Assembly: GCA_026390035.1 (NCBI GenBank)
Contig: JAPLGT010000035.1
Location: 3,330 to 67,329 of the forward strand
DNA from: Chloroflexota bacterium
GTDB taxonomy: Bacteria > Chloroflexota > Anaerolineae > Anaerolineales > Villigracilaceae
DNA length: 64,000 nucleotides
Reading direction: 5' to 3'
Part shown: positions 19,521 through 29,222 of the stretch, in pieces
How the letters are laid out: each line of letters begins with the position of its first letter
Numbering within the stretch: the first letter of the stretch is position 1
Position numbers and translations under genes: made by a program
The notes under the pieces: model-generated
The model's database searches: none
Seen by the model: the letters and a program-made list of their open reading frames with translations, nothing else
Told to the model about the DNA's origin: nothing

Positions 19521-21959
19521 ATGTCCATTGAAAAAATTTATGCCACAGAAGCATTGAATCAAATGGCCCGCAAACTCTTTGAAGAAGAACGGAAGCGGAA
19601 CCGCCTGGATGGCTGGTTTATTGCGAAAGAAATTGCGCGTGGGTGCGACGAAAAGTATCGCGAGCTTCCGTCTCCTTTGAAAGCAGCCGAAACCCTGCGA
19701 GAAATCCTTAAACAAATTCCGCTTGAGATCAGCGAGCATGCAATTTTTGCAGGTACACAAAAAGATGCCTTTGCGAGGTCTTATGCGTTGATCAACCCTG
19801 CTTTTAGGGTCGACTCTTTCAACGGATATTGTGATCCTGCGGCTGTATTTAAGGACATCCAACCCGATGAAATATTTAGCGAAGCACGGATCCAAGCGCT
19901 CCGTGCTTATACCCTGGAAACGCCCTTTGTGAAGAATCTAAAAGATGCCTATAAAAAGGCGGAGAATGACACATCCGAGGCCGTTTATTTTATTGAACAG
20001 GTGACCGGACATCTCATCCCAGACATTAAACCGGTTCTTTCGATGGGCATTGAAGGGCTCTTGCAAGCAATTGATCAAAACAACCTTATCACCACAGATC
20101 CATCCCAAAAAACCTATTTTGAAGCGATCAAGATAACGCTGGATGGAGTAGCCATACTGGCAGGTCGCTATGCAGAATGTGCCAGACAGTTGCTCCAAAA
20201 TGAGACCAACCCTGAGCGCAGGGATTTGCTAAAGCTGATGGAAGACACTCTGAGAAAGGTTCCATTCCGGGCAGCTGAAAACCTGTATGAAGCCATCCAA
20301 TCTTTTATATTGATCTGGCAGGCCATGTGTCTGGAACAAGCACCCAACCCGTTTGCCTTTTCTGTCGGGAATGCTGACCGCATTTTTGAGCCCTACCGCG
20401 CAGCCGGCGCATCAGACAGCCAAACCACTTCGGCACTCTTTAAACATCTGTTGGTTTTCTTCAACGTCGGTGACCGAAGTTGGGCTATTTCACAAAACCT
20501 GATCGTGGGCGGCAAATCAGCTGCAGGGACAGATCTCACAAACGAATCAACCTATGCGCTTCTGGATGCTTATTATGAAATGAACCTGCCCCAGCCAATC
20601 CTTTCAGTGAAGCTGCACAAAAATACTCCGGATGATTTTTACCGAAGCCTGGGACGGTTTTTATTCACGCCGGGGCTCCTGACCCCATCGTTTTTCAATG
20701 ATGATGCCCTTTTCCCCATACTTTCAAATTCTGGTGTGGAAAAGATCGACCTTGAAAATTACTCAATTGCCGGATGTCAGGAACCTCTGATCATGGGAAA
20801 GGATAACGGCAATACAACCAACAGCTGGCTTAACTTAGGAAAAATACTTGAGCTAACCATCCACGGCGGGGTTTCGTCGATTACTGGAAACCAAATCGGC
20901 CCTGGCTATGCCCAAATCGGCATTGATTCCATGGATGCACAAACGATCCTTTCCGATATCAGGTTGGCCTTTTATCGGAATGTAGAATTTTTTGTGCGCA
21001 GAATGGTTAATGCCGCCAATGAGCTATCAGGGGTGCTGGCTTTGTTACCCGTTCCGTTTACTTCCGCTTTGATGGGAGGCATCGATTCAGGTGTGGACCT
21101 GAGAGATACTCATCAGCAAGGCACAAAATATAACGGCAGTGGCTGCCTGATCCATGGGCTTTCTACCATTGCAGACTCATTTACAGCCATTGATTTATTC
21201 CTGCTGGAAAGACCGCAAGATTCGGCCCGACTTATCGCAGGCCTGCAATCAAATTTCGATCAGGACGAAGAACTACGACAATATTTGCTGACCTGTCCCA
21301 AATTCGGCAACAACAGCGCTGAGGTAGACAGAGAAGCACGTGAAGTTGTCATCAAGATCAGTGACCTGGTTGCAAGCCAGAAAAACTATTTGGGGAATCC
21401 ATTCCGCCCCGATTGGAGCACGCCATCCACCCACCTACTCTATGGCTATTGGGTCGGAGCCACGCCCGATGGTAGAAAATCGAGGGAAATGCTGGGGTAT
21501 GGCATCGACCCCTTATATGGAGAAGCCCAGTCAGGCCTGGGCTTCCGGGTCTTATCCAATTTAAGCCTACCCTTTGAGCGCATGAACGGTGGTTACGCCT
21601 CCCATTTTGGGATCGACCCCAATCATTTTTCTGGAACAAGCTTTGAAGAGCGAGGCCTGGAATTCAGAGACAAGATCATAATGCCACTTTTTTTTAATCG
21701 ACTGAATAAAAACATCGCCCCATTTTATCTATACGTGAATGTGACCACCCCGGAGATACTGCGCCAGGTTTTAGAAAATCCTCAAAAATATGCTCCGAGC
21801 GGAATCTACATTGTGCGCATCCACGGCACGTTTGTAAATTTCCTGGACCTATCCCCTGATATTCAGGAAGATATCATCAAACGGCTTGATTTAAAATCCA
21901 CGAATATCTCCCAGGCACCATCCACCCTAAAGGAAGCTCAAGTCATCCTGACCGCTTAG
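19521..21959 (+). CDS. Glycyl radical enzyme, PFL2/glycerol-dehydratase-like clade, substrate unknown
   Basis: 812 aa, with AAGGAG as RBS. The thiyl loop is IAGCQEP (Cys419, codon at 20775-20777). The glycyl-radical motif is IVRIHGTFVNFLDLSPDIQEDII (Gly769, codon at 21825-21827). Confidence 0.9.
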   Translation: MSIEKIYATEALNQMARKLFEEERKRNRLDGWFIAKEIARGCDEKYRELPSPLKAAETLREILKQIPLEISEHAIFAGTQKDAFARSYALINPAFRVDSFNGYCDPAAVFKDIQPDEIFSEARIQALRAYTLETPFVKNLKDAYKKAENDTSEAVYFIEQVTGHLIPDIKPVLSMGIEGLLQAIDQNNLITTDPSQKTYFEAIKITLDGVAILAGRYAECARQLLQNETNPERRDLLKLMEDTLRKVPFRAAENLYEAIQSFILIWQAMCLEQAPNPFAFSVGNADRIFEPYRAAGASDSQTTSALFKHLLVFFNVGDRSWAISQNLIVGGKSAAGTDLTNESTYALLDAYYEMNLPQPILSVKLHKNTPDDFYRSLGRFLFTPGLLTPSFFNDDALFPILSNSGVEKIDLENYSIAGCQEPLIMGKDNGNTTNSWLNLGKILELTIHGGVSSITGNQIGPGYAQIGIDSMDAQTILSDIRLAFYRNVEFFVRRMVNAANELSGVLALLPVPFTSALMGGIDSGVDLRDTHQQGTKYNGSGCLIHGLSTIADSFTAIDLFLLERPQDSARLIAGLQSNFDQDEELRQYLLTCPKFGNNSAEVDREAREVVIKISDLVASQKNYLGNPFRPDWSTPSTHLLYGYWVGATPDGRKSREMLGYGIDPLYGEAQSGLGFRVLSNLSLPFERMNGGYASHFGIDPNHFSGTSFEERGLEFRDKIIMPLFFNRLNKNIAPFYLYVNVTTPEILRQVLENPQKYAPSGIYIVRIHGTFVNFLDLSPDIQEDIIKRLDLKSTNISQAPSTLKEAQVILTA

Positions 21960-22053
21960 GTTTCGCACAATGGATCGGGGTCAGATAACCTGAACCCGGG
22001 TTGCCATAAGCAGTCTTTTTTTTGCGAAGAGATCGCTGAATATCAACAAAACA

Positions 22054-23085
22054 ATGGAAAATGACCTTCTGTATTTGTCTCTGAAAAACAAGATTTGTGA
22101 AAAGATATTCTCCGGAGTCTATAAAGAAGGCGAAAATCTTCCGCCTGAACGCGTCTTATCCGAATATTACAATATGAGCCGCGTCACAGTCAGGAAATCT
22201 CTTGCGCTGCTGGAAAAAGAAGGCATTCTTGAGAGGCTGCAAGGCAGCGGCACCAGAGTGAAATTTCGAGAAACAGGATACAAAGGCACACTGGACATCA
22301 TTGCCCTGCTTGCCCCCGCCCAAAACCCTTTTTTCTCCACGTTTATTGAACATTTCCAGAGAAATGCCGAGAAAAACGATTCTCTGGTACTTTTCAAACA
22401 GAACATCTCACATGAAAGAGTGGAAGACAGTCTTTTTAAACTGCTTCAAAAAAATATCCACAATGTTGTCATCTGGTTGGAAGATCTAAAACTGGAGAGA
22501 GAATCTGTGCGCAAACTTCGCGCACTGGGAATGAATATGGTCCTTTTTGACATCATCGTGCCCACACCGTATGCCGATTGTGTCTTACTTGATAATCGCG
22601 ATGCGGTTACTTGCCTTTACAATTTTTTATACTCCAAGGGCATTCATGATATCGCCTACATCGGCTGGGATAATTTCGAATTATCAAGTATTCGTGAACG
22701 TGAAAATATTTACCTGGAGCTCCGCGGATCCAAGGATTTACTCTTCCATATCCCGTGGACGGAAAAGGCCAACCTGGCATATGTGCTGGAGAGATTTTTT
22801 AACAACTCCATAAAAATTCATCCTTTGCCTGTGGGCATAATCTGCGCAGATGGCGAACTGGGTGTGGCCTTGAAAAAGACCCTGGCGGAACACGGGATAA
22901 ATAATGAAACCATCGTCGCGATCGATGACTTTCCCACTGCAGAGGCTCTAGCGCTGAGCGTATATGCGCAGCCGTTTGATGCTCTGGCACAGCAGGTATA
23001 CCAATGCCTTTTGGAACAAAACCTGCAATCAGATCAATGGAAGGCTTCGGTCAGGGTTGTAAAAGGAAAAATCATAACGCGCTGA
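22054..23085 (+). CDS. AraR-like chimeric regulator (GntR wHTH N-terminus + LacI/PBP-I sugar-binding C-terminus)
   Basis: The N-terminus LPPERVLSEYYNMSRVTVRKSLALLEKEGILERLQGSGTRV is a GntR-type wHTH. The remaining ~270 aa look like a periplasmic-binding-protein-I fold. Confidence 0.8.
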   Translation: MENDLLYLSLKNKICEKIFSGVYKEGENLPPERVLSEYYNMSRVTVRKSLALLEKEGILERLQGSGTRVKFRETGYKGTLDIIALLAPAQNPFFSTFIEHFQRNAEKNDSLVLFKQNISHERVEDSLFKLLQKNIHNVVIWLEDLKLERESVRKLRALGMNMVLFDIIVPTPYADCVLLDNRDAVTCLYNFLYSKGIHDIAYIGWDNFELSSIRERENIYLELRGSKDLLFHIPWTEKANLAYVLERFFNNSIKIHPLPVGIICADGELGVALKKTLAEHGINNETIVAIDDFPTAEALALSVYAQPFDALAQQVYQCLLEQNLQSDQWKASVRVVKGKIITR

Positions 23086-23094
23086 AATGAGGAT

Positions 23095-24474
23095 ATGATC
23101 AAGATGAGAAAGGTGCGCTCGATTGGTTTGGATATCGGCACCACCACGCTTTGCGCAGTGGTCTTGGATGGCGAAAACGGAGAAATGGTGGATACGCTTA
23201 CCATACCGAATAATTCGTCATTGGAAAGCGAACAACCATGGGCTCGATTGCAGGATCCACGGGTGATCGTTGCAAATATTAAACAGATTGTCGCAGAATT
23301 AGAAATGAAACATGCCCCGATTTCATGTATAGGGCTGACCGGCCAGATGCACGGCATTGTCTATCTGGATGATATTGGCAATCCAGTCAGCCCATTCTAC
23401 ACCTGGCAGGATGGCAGGGGAAATCTCGAATACCGGGATGGGCTCAGTTATGCCGAATACCTTTCGCAGGTTTCTGGAACTAAACTCGCCACCGGATTCG
23501 GCGCGGTGACCCATTTTTATAATCTGGTGAATGGCCTGGTTCCGGCTTCTGCAAGGGTTATCAGTACGATCTATGATTATGCTGGGCTGCAGCTTGCCTG
23601 CGTTACCAGACCAGTGCTCCATCCCAGCAGCGCAGCCAGTTTGGGCTTCTTTAACATCGAAACCAATTGCTTTGATCGCAATGCCTTACAGGCTGCGCAC
23701 ATCAACGAAACCTTTTTCCCTGAGACTACCCCGAAAATTGAAATTATCGGGAAAACCGAGTCCAACATTCCAGTGGCTGTCGCCATTGGTGATAATCAGG
23801 CCAGCTTTATAGGGTCGGTCAATCACAGCACAGAATATTTGCTGGTAAATATTGGCACATCAGGACAGATATCCCTTTTTATCAATGATTATATTAAAAA
23901 CTCTCCGATTGAGATCCGGCCATTCTCAAGTGATGGTTTTCTGATGGTAGGCGCTTCGCTTTGTGGGGGCCGAGCCTACGCCCTGCTTGAAAATTTCTTT
24001 CGCTCAGTTGTACAAATGGCAACAGGCGCAACCTGCCCACCTTTATACGAGATCATGAATGAACTAGCCAGTCATTATCCTACACTGGAACACAAACTTG
24101 AGATCTCCACCCAATTTTGCGGCACCCGTGAGAATCCCTGGCAGCAAGCAGCAATTAACAACCTTGGGGTCGATAATTTCAGCCCTGCTCACTTCATTGT
24201 TGGAACACTGGAAGGGATTGCCAGGGAACTCTATGACCTGTATGAAATTATGAGTACCCAGGGTTCCGTCAAACCCACAAAACTGGTCTGCTCGGGTAAT
24301 GCGCTGCGTCTAAACCTACCTTTGCAAAGACTGGTTTCAGACATATTCGGTATGCCGATCAGCATTCCCCGCTACAAGGAAGAAGCCGCCTGCGGCGCGG
24401 CGCTCTTTGCACTTGTCGCGGCTGGACATCAAAAAAGCTTGGCCGCGGCACAAGCACTGCTGCAATACGAATAA
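23095..24474 (+). CDS. FGGY-family carbohydrate kinase (sedoheptulokinase-like)
   Basis: IGLDIGTTTLCAVVLD phosphate-1 motif, plus GLTGQMHGIVYLD, YTWQDGRG, and the C-terminal GNALR...EEAACGAALFA. Confidence 0.85.
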   Translation: MIKMRKVRSIGLDIGTTTLCAVVLDGENGEMVDTLTIPNNSSLESEQPWARLQDPRVIVANIKQIVAELEMKHAPISCIGLTGQMHGIVYLDDIGNPVSPFYTWQDGRGNLEYRDGLSYAEYLSQVSGTKLATGFGAVTHFYNLVNGLVPASARVISTIYDYAGLQLACVTRPVLHPSSAASLGFFNIETNCFDRNALQAAHINETFFPETTPKIEIIGKTESNIPVAVAIGDNQASFIGSVNHSTEYLLVNIGTSGQISLFINDYIKNSPIEIRPFSSDGFLMVGASLCGGRAYALLENFFRSVVQMATGATCPPLYEIMNELASHYPTLEHKLEISTQFCGTRENPWQQAAINNLGVDNFSPAHFIVGTLEGIARELYDLYEIMSTQGSVKPTKLVCSGNALRLNLPLQRLVSDIFGMPISIPRYKEEAACGAALFALVAAGHQKSLAAAQALLQYE

Positions 24475-24779
24475 AGCACAAGTACCGGCCTAACATGAAC
24501 CCGCCAGGAGTTTGCAGATCCTAGCGGCTGCTTGTCGGAAACATAGTTGAATTAAGCACTACGCGCAAAACTGGCGGGTAAGACATTACAGATTGCAAAG
24601 AAAGTGGCTGTATTTCCTGGGTAAAACCCAATTCACACAGGAAATATAGCCATGAGTATTTTAAGCCAAAAAATGCAGGCTGACTTGTTTTCCAAATGTT
24701 AACATGCCCTTCCTCTACTATTAACAGAAATTGGTTACACTAGTATTAATTGAAAAGTTAGCAATGAGAACAATTACCT

Positions 24780-25844
24780 ATGATCAATTATCCGCCTTAC
24801 GAATATAAACTTCCGGTCAGTATTGCAGATTTGCCAGGGCATGTTTTTTCAGTAACCCCGGAGACGCTTGCTGAAAAAGTCGTGGCAGAGTTACAAAATC
24901 AGCCAGCCCGGCCCGGTGTCATGATTATTGAAAATGGAAAATTGGTGGGGGTTGTAACGCGATTGAAGCTTTTTGAACGAGTCGGACATCGTTTTGATAT
25001 AGAGTTGTTTCTACAAAAACCCATTAGTCAATTAAAAGATCTGATTCGTACCAACACTCAGGCTATGCCAGGGTATGCTCGCATCGATGAAGCCATTCAA
25101 TATGCCCTCAGCAGAGCTGCTCCAGATATATTTGATCCTATTGTTGTGCTGCGTGATGATGGCACACTGCAATTACTGGACATAAACATACTATTGTCGG
25201 CTCAGTCACATGCAATGGCCAGCCTGAGCAATATCGGAGGAAATTTGGAGCAAATAGACAGCCTGATTCATTCAACCCATGACGTGAATGAAATCCTTTA
25301 TATCATCCTGCGGCTTTTGTGCCATGTGGTTCCCTATCATCAGTCAGCAATTCTTGCCATTGATGAAATGGGTCTGGGCTTCGTAGCCCATTCTGGATAT
25401 CGCCCGGATCCAAATCGAGCTGATGATGTCATGAAAAGCGGTACATATGCGCTCATTATGAAATATCGCCTGGCCATTTATATACCCAATGCATGTAATG
25501 CGACTGCCTGGAGGGGTATGGACGTTCTGGGCACACCGATTGCCTGGTTGGGCGTGCCGCTCCTGCTGAACCACCAACCGCTTGGTCTGCTTTCAATCAG
25601 TCGCAATGTGGAAAGGGCTTTCGATAGCGATGAACGTAAAACTGCTCTGGCATTCGCCCAACGGATAACCGAATTGCTCAAATGTGGACAACCAGCTGCC
25701 AGTAATTTAAACGAATTACAAAAATCATTAGATGCCAGGTTTCCACGGGCAGGAGAATCAGTACTGGAGCAAATGTATCGAGGGAATAAGTCTTTAGATA
25801 TAGTGATTAAATCTGCTTTGGGGGAATGGCAGAAATATGGGTAA
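24780..25844 (+). CDS. Sensor-like protein with CBS-like N-terminus and GAF-like C-terminus, no output domain
   Basis: 354-aa ORF. The segments PGVMIIENGKLVGVVTRLKLFE and DPIVVLRDDGTLQLLDINILL look like a CBS pair. The later segment (ILYIILRLL...AILAIDE...LGVPLLLNHQPLGLLSISR) looks like GAF. The domain calls are tentative. Confidence 0.5.
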   Translation: MINYPPYEYKLPVSIADLPGHVFSVTPETLAEKVVAELQNQPARPGVMIIENGKLVGVVTRLKLFERVGHRFDIELFLQKPISQLKDLIRTNTQAMPGYARIDEAIQYALSRAAPDIFDPIVVLRDDGTLQLLDINILLSAQSHAMASLSNIGGNLEQIDSLIHSTHDVNEILYIILRLLCHVVPYHQSAILAIDEMGLGFVAHSGYRPDPNRADDVMKSGTYALIMKYRLAIYIPNACNATAWRGMDVLGTPIAWLGVPLLLNHQPLGLLSISRNVERAFDSDERKTALAFAQRITELLKCGQPAASNLNELQKSLDARFPRAGESVLEQMYRGNKSLDIVIKSALGEWQKYG

Positions 25845-25964
25845 TATCATTTTTGTTCTGGTATTAGTGTTTTTAGTAGTAACGATGTTGGCGCTTGTAT
25901 CCATCGTTTTGCTCGTCACGGTGGATGAAGGTGGTAAAAATATATTTCAGAGGAAGATGGATAA

Positions 25965-26750
25965 ATGAGTAAACATATTTTAGTAACCAATGATGATGGT
26001 GTGACCGCCCCCGGATTGCTCGCACTGGCCCAGGCGATGCAAGCAATCCCAGATACAAAAGTAAGCATACTTGCCCCGGATCGCAACTGGTCTGGCAGCG
26101 GGCATGTCAAAACCCTGGATCGTCCGCTACGCATCAAAGAAGTGGTACTTGCCGATGGTTCAACCGCCTTTGCCAGTGATGGCGCGCCCTCTGATTGTGT
26201 GGCGTTGGCGCTGCTCGGTTTCTTCGAAGAGAAGATTGACCTTGTCGTTTCAGGCATCAACCCTATGGCCAACCTTGGGCACGACGTTACCTATTCCGGA
26301 ACCGTCACTGCTGCAATGGAAGCGCTGATTTGGGATATACCCGGAATTGCTTTTTCACTCGGTTCGCTGGAAAACCACCTGGGAACGCTTGATTACACCA
26401 CTGCAGCTGTCATTACCCGACGAGTGGTGGAAACAGCGCTGGCGCATCGTTTTACCCCTGGGATGCTGCTCAATGTAAATATTCCATACCTGCCAGCCGA
26501 CCAGATCAAAGGGTTCCATATTACCCGCCAGGGATTACGAGTTTATCGCGACCGGTTAGATAAACGTGTTGACCCGCGCGGGCGTCCTTACTACTGGATT
26601 GGGGGTGATTCACCCACCGGTACGCCCGAGGAAGGCACGGATGTCGGCGCGCTATCAGCCGGGTATGTTTCCATTACCCCCATCCAGCTCGATTTGACCA
26701 TGTATACATCCATTCCGACCCTGGGGGATTGGGGCTGGGAAAATAAATAA
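25965..26750 (+). CDS. surE: 5'/3'-nucleotidase SurE
   Basis: The canonical N-terminus ILVTNDDGVTAPGL is present, along with SGINPMANLG and YSGTVTAAMEA. Confidence 0.92.
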   Translation: MSKHILVTNDDGVTAPGLLALAQAMQAIPDTKVSILAPDRNWSGSGHVKTLDRPLRIKEVVLADGSTAFASDGAPSDCVALALLGFFEEKIDLVVSGINPMANLGHDVTYSGTVTAAMEALIWDIPGIAFSLGSLENHLGTLDYTTAAVITRRVVETALAHRFTPGMLLNVNIPYLPADQIKGFHITRQGLRVYRDRLDKRVDPRGRPYYWIGGDSPTGTPEEGTDVGALSAGYVSITPIQLDLTMYTSIPTLGDWGWENK

Positions 26751-26805
26751 AACCCTGGTTTCTCTGCCTTAAATTGGCTTACGCTGAGAAGCGGAGAGCT
26801 TGAGC

Positions 26806-27473
26806 TTGCGGAATATCGCCGCGATTGATGTTGGTCCAACGCCATCCGCATGGTTGTCAGCCGTTTGAATGCTGACAACCATGCGGAGACTCTGGGAAAT
26901 TTGCGCCTGAATGTACGCCTGGGTCAGGATGCTTTCACGTCAGGGCTGTTCAGCGAACCCACAATGCAAATGGCGGTGGACGCTTTCCTACGTTTCCGAA
27001 ATGTGGCCGATGTTTTTGAAGTAACCCAGACTCGCGTTGTTGCCACCAGCGCCATGCGTGAAACTGCCAACAGTGATTTGCTAATAGAACGCATTGCCCG
27101 CGAAACAGGCTTTAATATCGAACTCATCAGCGGCGAAGAGGAAGCCCGTCTCATTCATCTTGCGGTTACAAACACTGTGAATCTCAAGGGGAAACGCGTT
27201 GTGTTGATCGATATCGGCGGCGGCAGTGTAGAAGTGACACTTTCAGATAGCGAAAACAGCCTGTCCACAAAGAGTTATGGCTTGGGCACGGTGCGTCTAC
27301 TGAAAAAACTTGAATCCGCAGATGAGAAAGTGGAAATCTGCCTGGGCACCGGCGGTAACATCGAGGGAATGGGCAAGCTTCGCAAGCACCTGTTCAAGCG
27401 TGATCAAGAAGATATGATCAGCTTGGATGACATCGAACGGCCCGTACTTGTCAGTTCATATTTTTTCCGCTGA
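26806..27473 (+). pseudogene. Decayed exopolyphosphatase/GppA (Ppx-GppA family) gene: frameshifted, internally shortened and truncated
   Basis: Frame A reads LRNIAAIDVG, then the frame breaks. Frame B continues SNAIRMVVSRL. The DNA gatgttggtccaac lacks one base relative to the expected gat gtt ggt tcc aac (DVGSN). The remaining ORF keeps VATSAMRE and LIDIGGGSVE, but jumps to LGTGGNIE and stops at 207 aa. Confidence 0.7.
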
Positions 27474-27892
27474 TTTAACGCTCAGCGTAGGTGCTAACAA
27501 TGTCTTTTCGATGAACAATTATCGTGTTAGCGGCGGATGTGGGTTTTCGCTGAGCAATTTAGCCATGGCCAATTGGCATTACTGCTTACGCAGCACAATG
27601 TAAATTCCAAATGCCTGGCGGGTTAGGGTCCCGGCGTGCGGCTTAGTTCAACTTGGATTGATGCGGCGGCACATAGTTGCCTCTTTTTTGACTTTCGTTA
27701 TTTCCGCCGCGTCAATCCTTAATTCGTTAAGTTGGAAACTGGCGATTATTCATTCTGGGTGGATGCACAGATGGCAAAAGCTTCAGCACATCAAATAATG
27801 TTAAAACAGCTCCACATCAACCCGGCCTGTAAGGCATATTTTCTGTATAATAGGCTCGTACTAAACTTTGAATTTTTTGGAGGATAATTCGT

Positions 27893-29035
27893 ATGCCCAA
27901 AAAGGTCTTTGTCAGTGGATGCTTCGATTTACTGCACAGCGGTCATGTGGCTTTTTTTCAGGAAGCCGCCAGGTATGGCGACCTGTACGTTGCGATCGGT
28001 TCGGACCGCACAGTTTTTGAACTCAAGAATCGCTCCACAGTTAACAATGAAAATGAACGCAAGTATATGATCAAAGCCCTGGCCAACGTCAAAGACGTAC
28101 TGATCGCAAAAGGCTCGGGCATGCTGGATTTTGTTGATGAATTGAAAGAAGTCCAACCTGATTTTTTTGTAGTCAACGAAGATGGCAACCTGTTGGAAAA
28201 AAAGAAACTGTGCGATGAATTGGGCATCGAATATGTTGTTCTAAAGCGTGACCCTCACCCAGGCCTGACCCCGCGCTCAACTACTGCGCTGCGCGGAATG
28301 AGCAATATCCCCTACCGCATTGACATCGCGGGAGGCTGGCTGGACCAACCATTTGTCTCCCAATACCATTCCGGACCGGTGCTGACGATTTCAATCCACC
28401 CAACTATTGAATTTAATCAACGCAGCGGCATGGCTTCCAGTACCAGGGCTTCGGCGGTGCAAATGTGGGGTGCAAGGTTGCCTTCGGATAACGTTGAAAA
28501 ACTAGCAAAAATGCTATTTGCATACGACAACCCCCCGGGGACAAAAGAAATCTCAGGCTCCCAGGATTCGATCGGCATCATTTATCCTGGCCTGGCTAAA
28601 GCAGACTATGATGGCAAATACTGGCCAACCCAGATTACAGCAATGCAAGATGAACATATTCTGACATTTATTGAGGAAGCCCTTTACCTGATACCACTCA
28701 GCCCACGACCCTCCGGTTTCCATGTGCTCGAGAATACGAATATCACACCTGAAGGAGCCAAGGCTCTGGCCGACGCAGCTATTTCTTGTTGGGAAGCCAT
28801 CCTTGCCAGAAACGTGATCGAATTTGGTCGCAGCGTGCGCGCCAGCTTCGACGCCCAGGTGGCAATGTTCCCGCACATGTTGACTGACACGATGCTAGAG
28901 TTGATTGATATTTACCATGAACGCGCCCTGGGTTGGAAGGTCTCTGGTGCAGGCGGCGGCGGTTATTTGATCCTGGTCTCCGATAAGCCCATCGAAAATG
29001 CTGTGCGAATTAGCGTAAGACGCCAGAGCGATTAG
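27893..29035 (+). CDS. Bifunctional cytidylyltransferase-fold nucleotidyltransferase / fucokinase-like GHMP sugar-1-kinase
   Basis: The N-terminus VFVSGCFDLLHSGHVAFF carries the HxGH motif of the TagD/RfaE-II family. The C-terminus has RIDIAGGWLDQPF, SGMASST, SGSQDS and WKVSGAGGGGYLILV, which are GHMP/fucokinase-like motifs. TATAAT lies at ~27845 and GGAGGA serves as RBS. Confidence 0.8.
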   Translation: MPKKVFVSGCFDLLHSGHVAFFQEAARYGDLYVAIGSDRTVFELKNRSTVNNENERKYMIKALANVKDVLIAKGSGMLDFVDELKEVQPDFFVVNEDGNLLEKKKLCDELGIEYVVLKRDPHPGLTPRSTTALRGMSNIPYRIDIAGGWLDQPFVSQYHSGPVLTISIHPTIEFNQRSGMASSTRASAVQMWGARLPSDNVEKLAKMLFAYDNPPGTKEISGSQDSIGIIYPGLAKADYDGKYWPTQITAMQDEHILTFIEEALYLIPLSPRPSGFHVLENTNITPEGAKALADAAISCWEAILARNVIEFGRSVRASFDAQVAMFPHMLTDTMLELIDIYHERALGWKVSGAGGGGYLILVSDKPIENAVRISVRRQSD

Positions 29036-29160
29036 AAATTTACCCAGCACTAGCTAAAACCCAGGCCGGCCGCCATTCAAGCACGCTTTCCTACGGAATT
29101 CCCCCGATCATTTTGCGCAGATGAAAACAAGACACATCGGAACCATACACGGCTAATCTC

Positions 29161-29205
29161 AAAATCCATCAACGATAAAATAATATTTCGTCGTTGATGG
29201 ATTTT
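29161..29205. terminator. Bidirectional intrinsic terminator between convergent genes
   Basis: A perfect 15-bp stem, AAAATCCATCAACGA (29161-29175) / TCGTTGATGGATTTT (29191-29205). It has an A-tract on one side and a T-tract on the other. Confidence 0.7.
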
Positions 29206-29222
29206 GGGCGATACCAGAACAC

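Noticed and set aside
24606-24651. 14-bp-arm hairpin (GGCTGTATTTCCTG...CAGGAAATATAGCC) in the spacer after the FGGY kinase gene.
   Set aside because: It lies 130 nt from the stop and has no T-run. It may be a weak terminator or a processing site, but the evidence is insufficient to annotate it.
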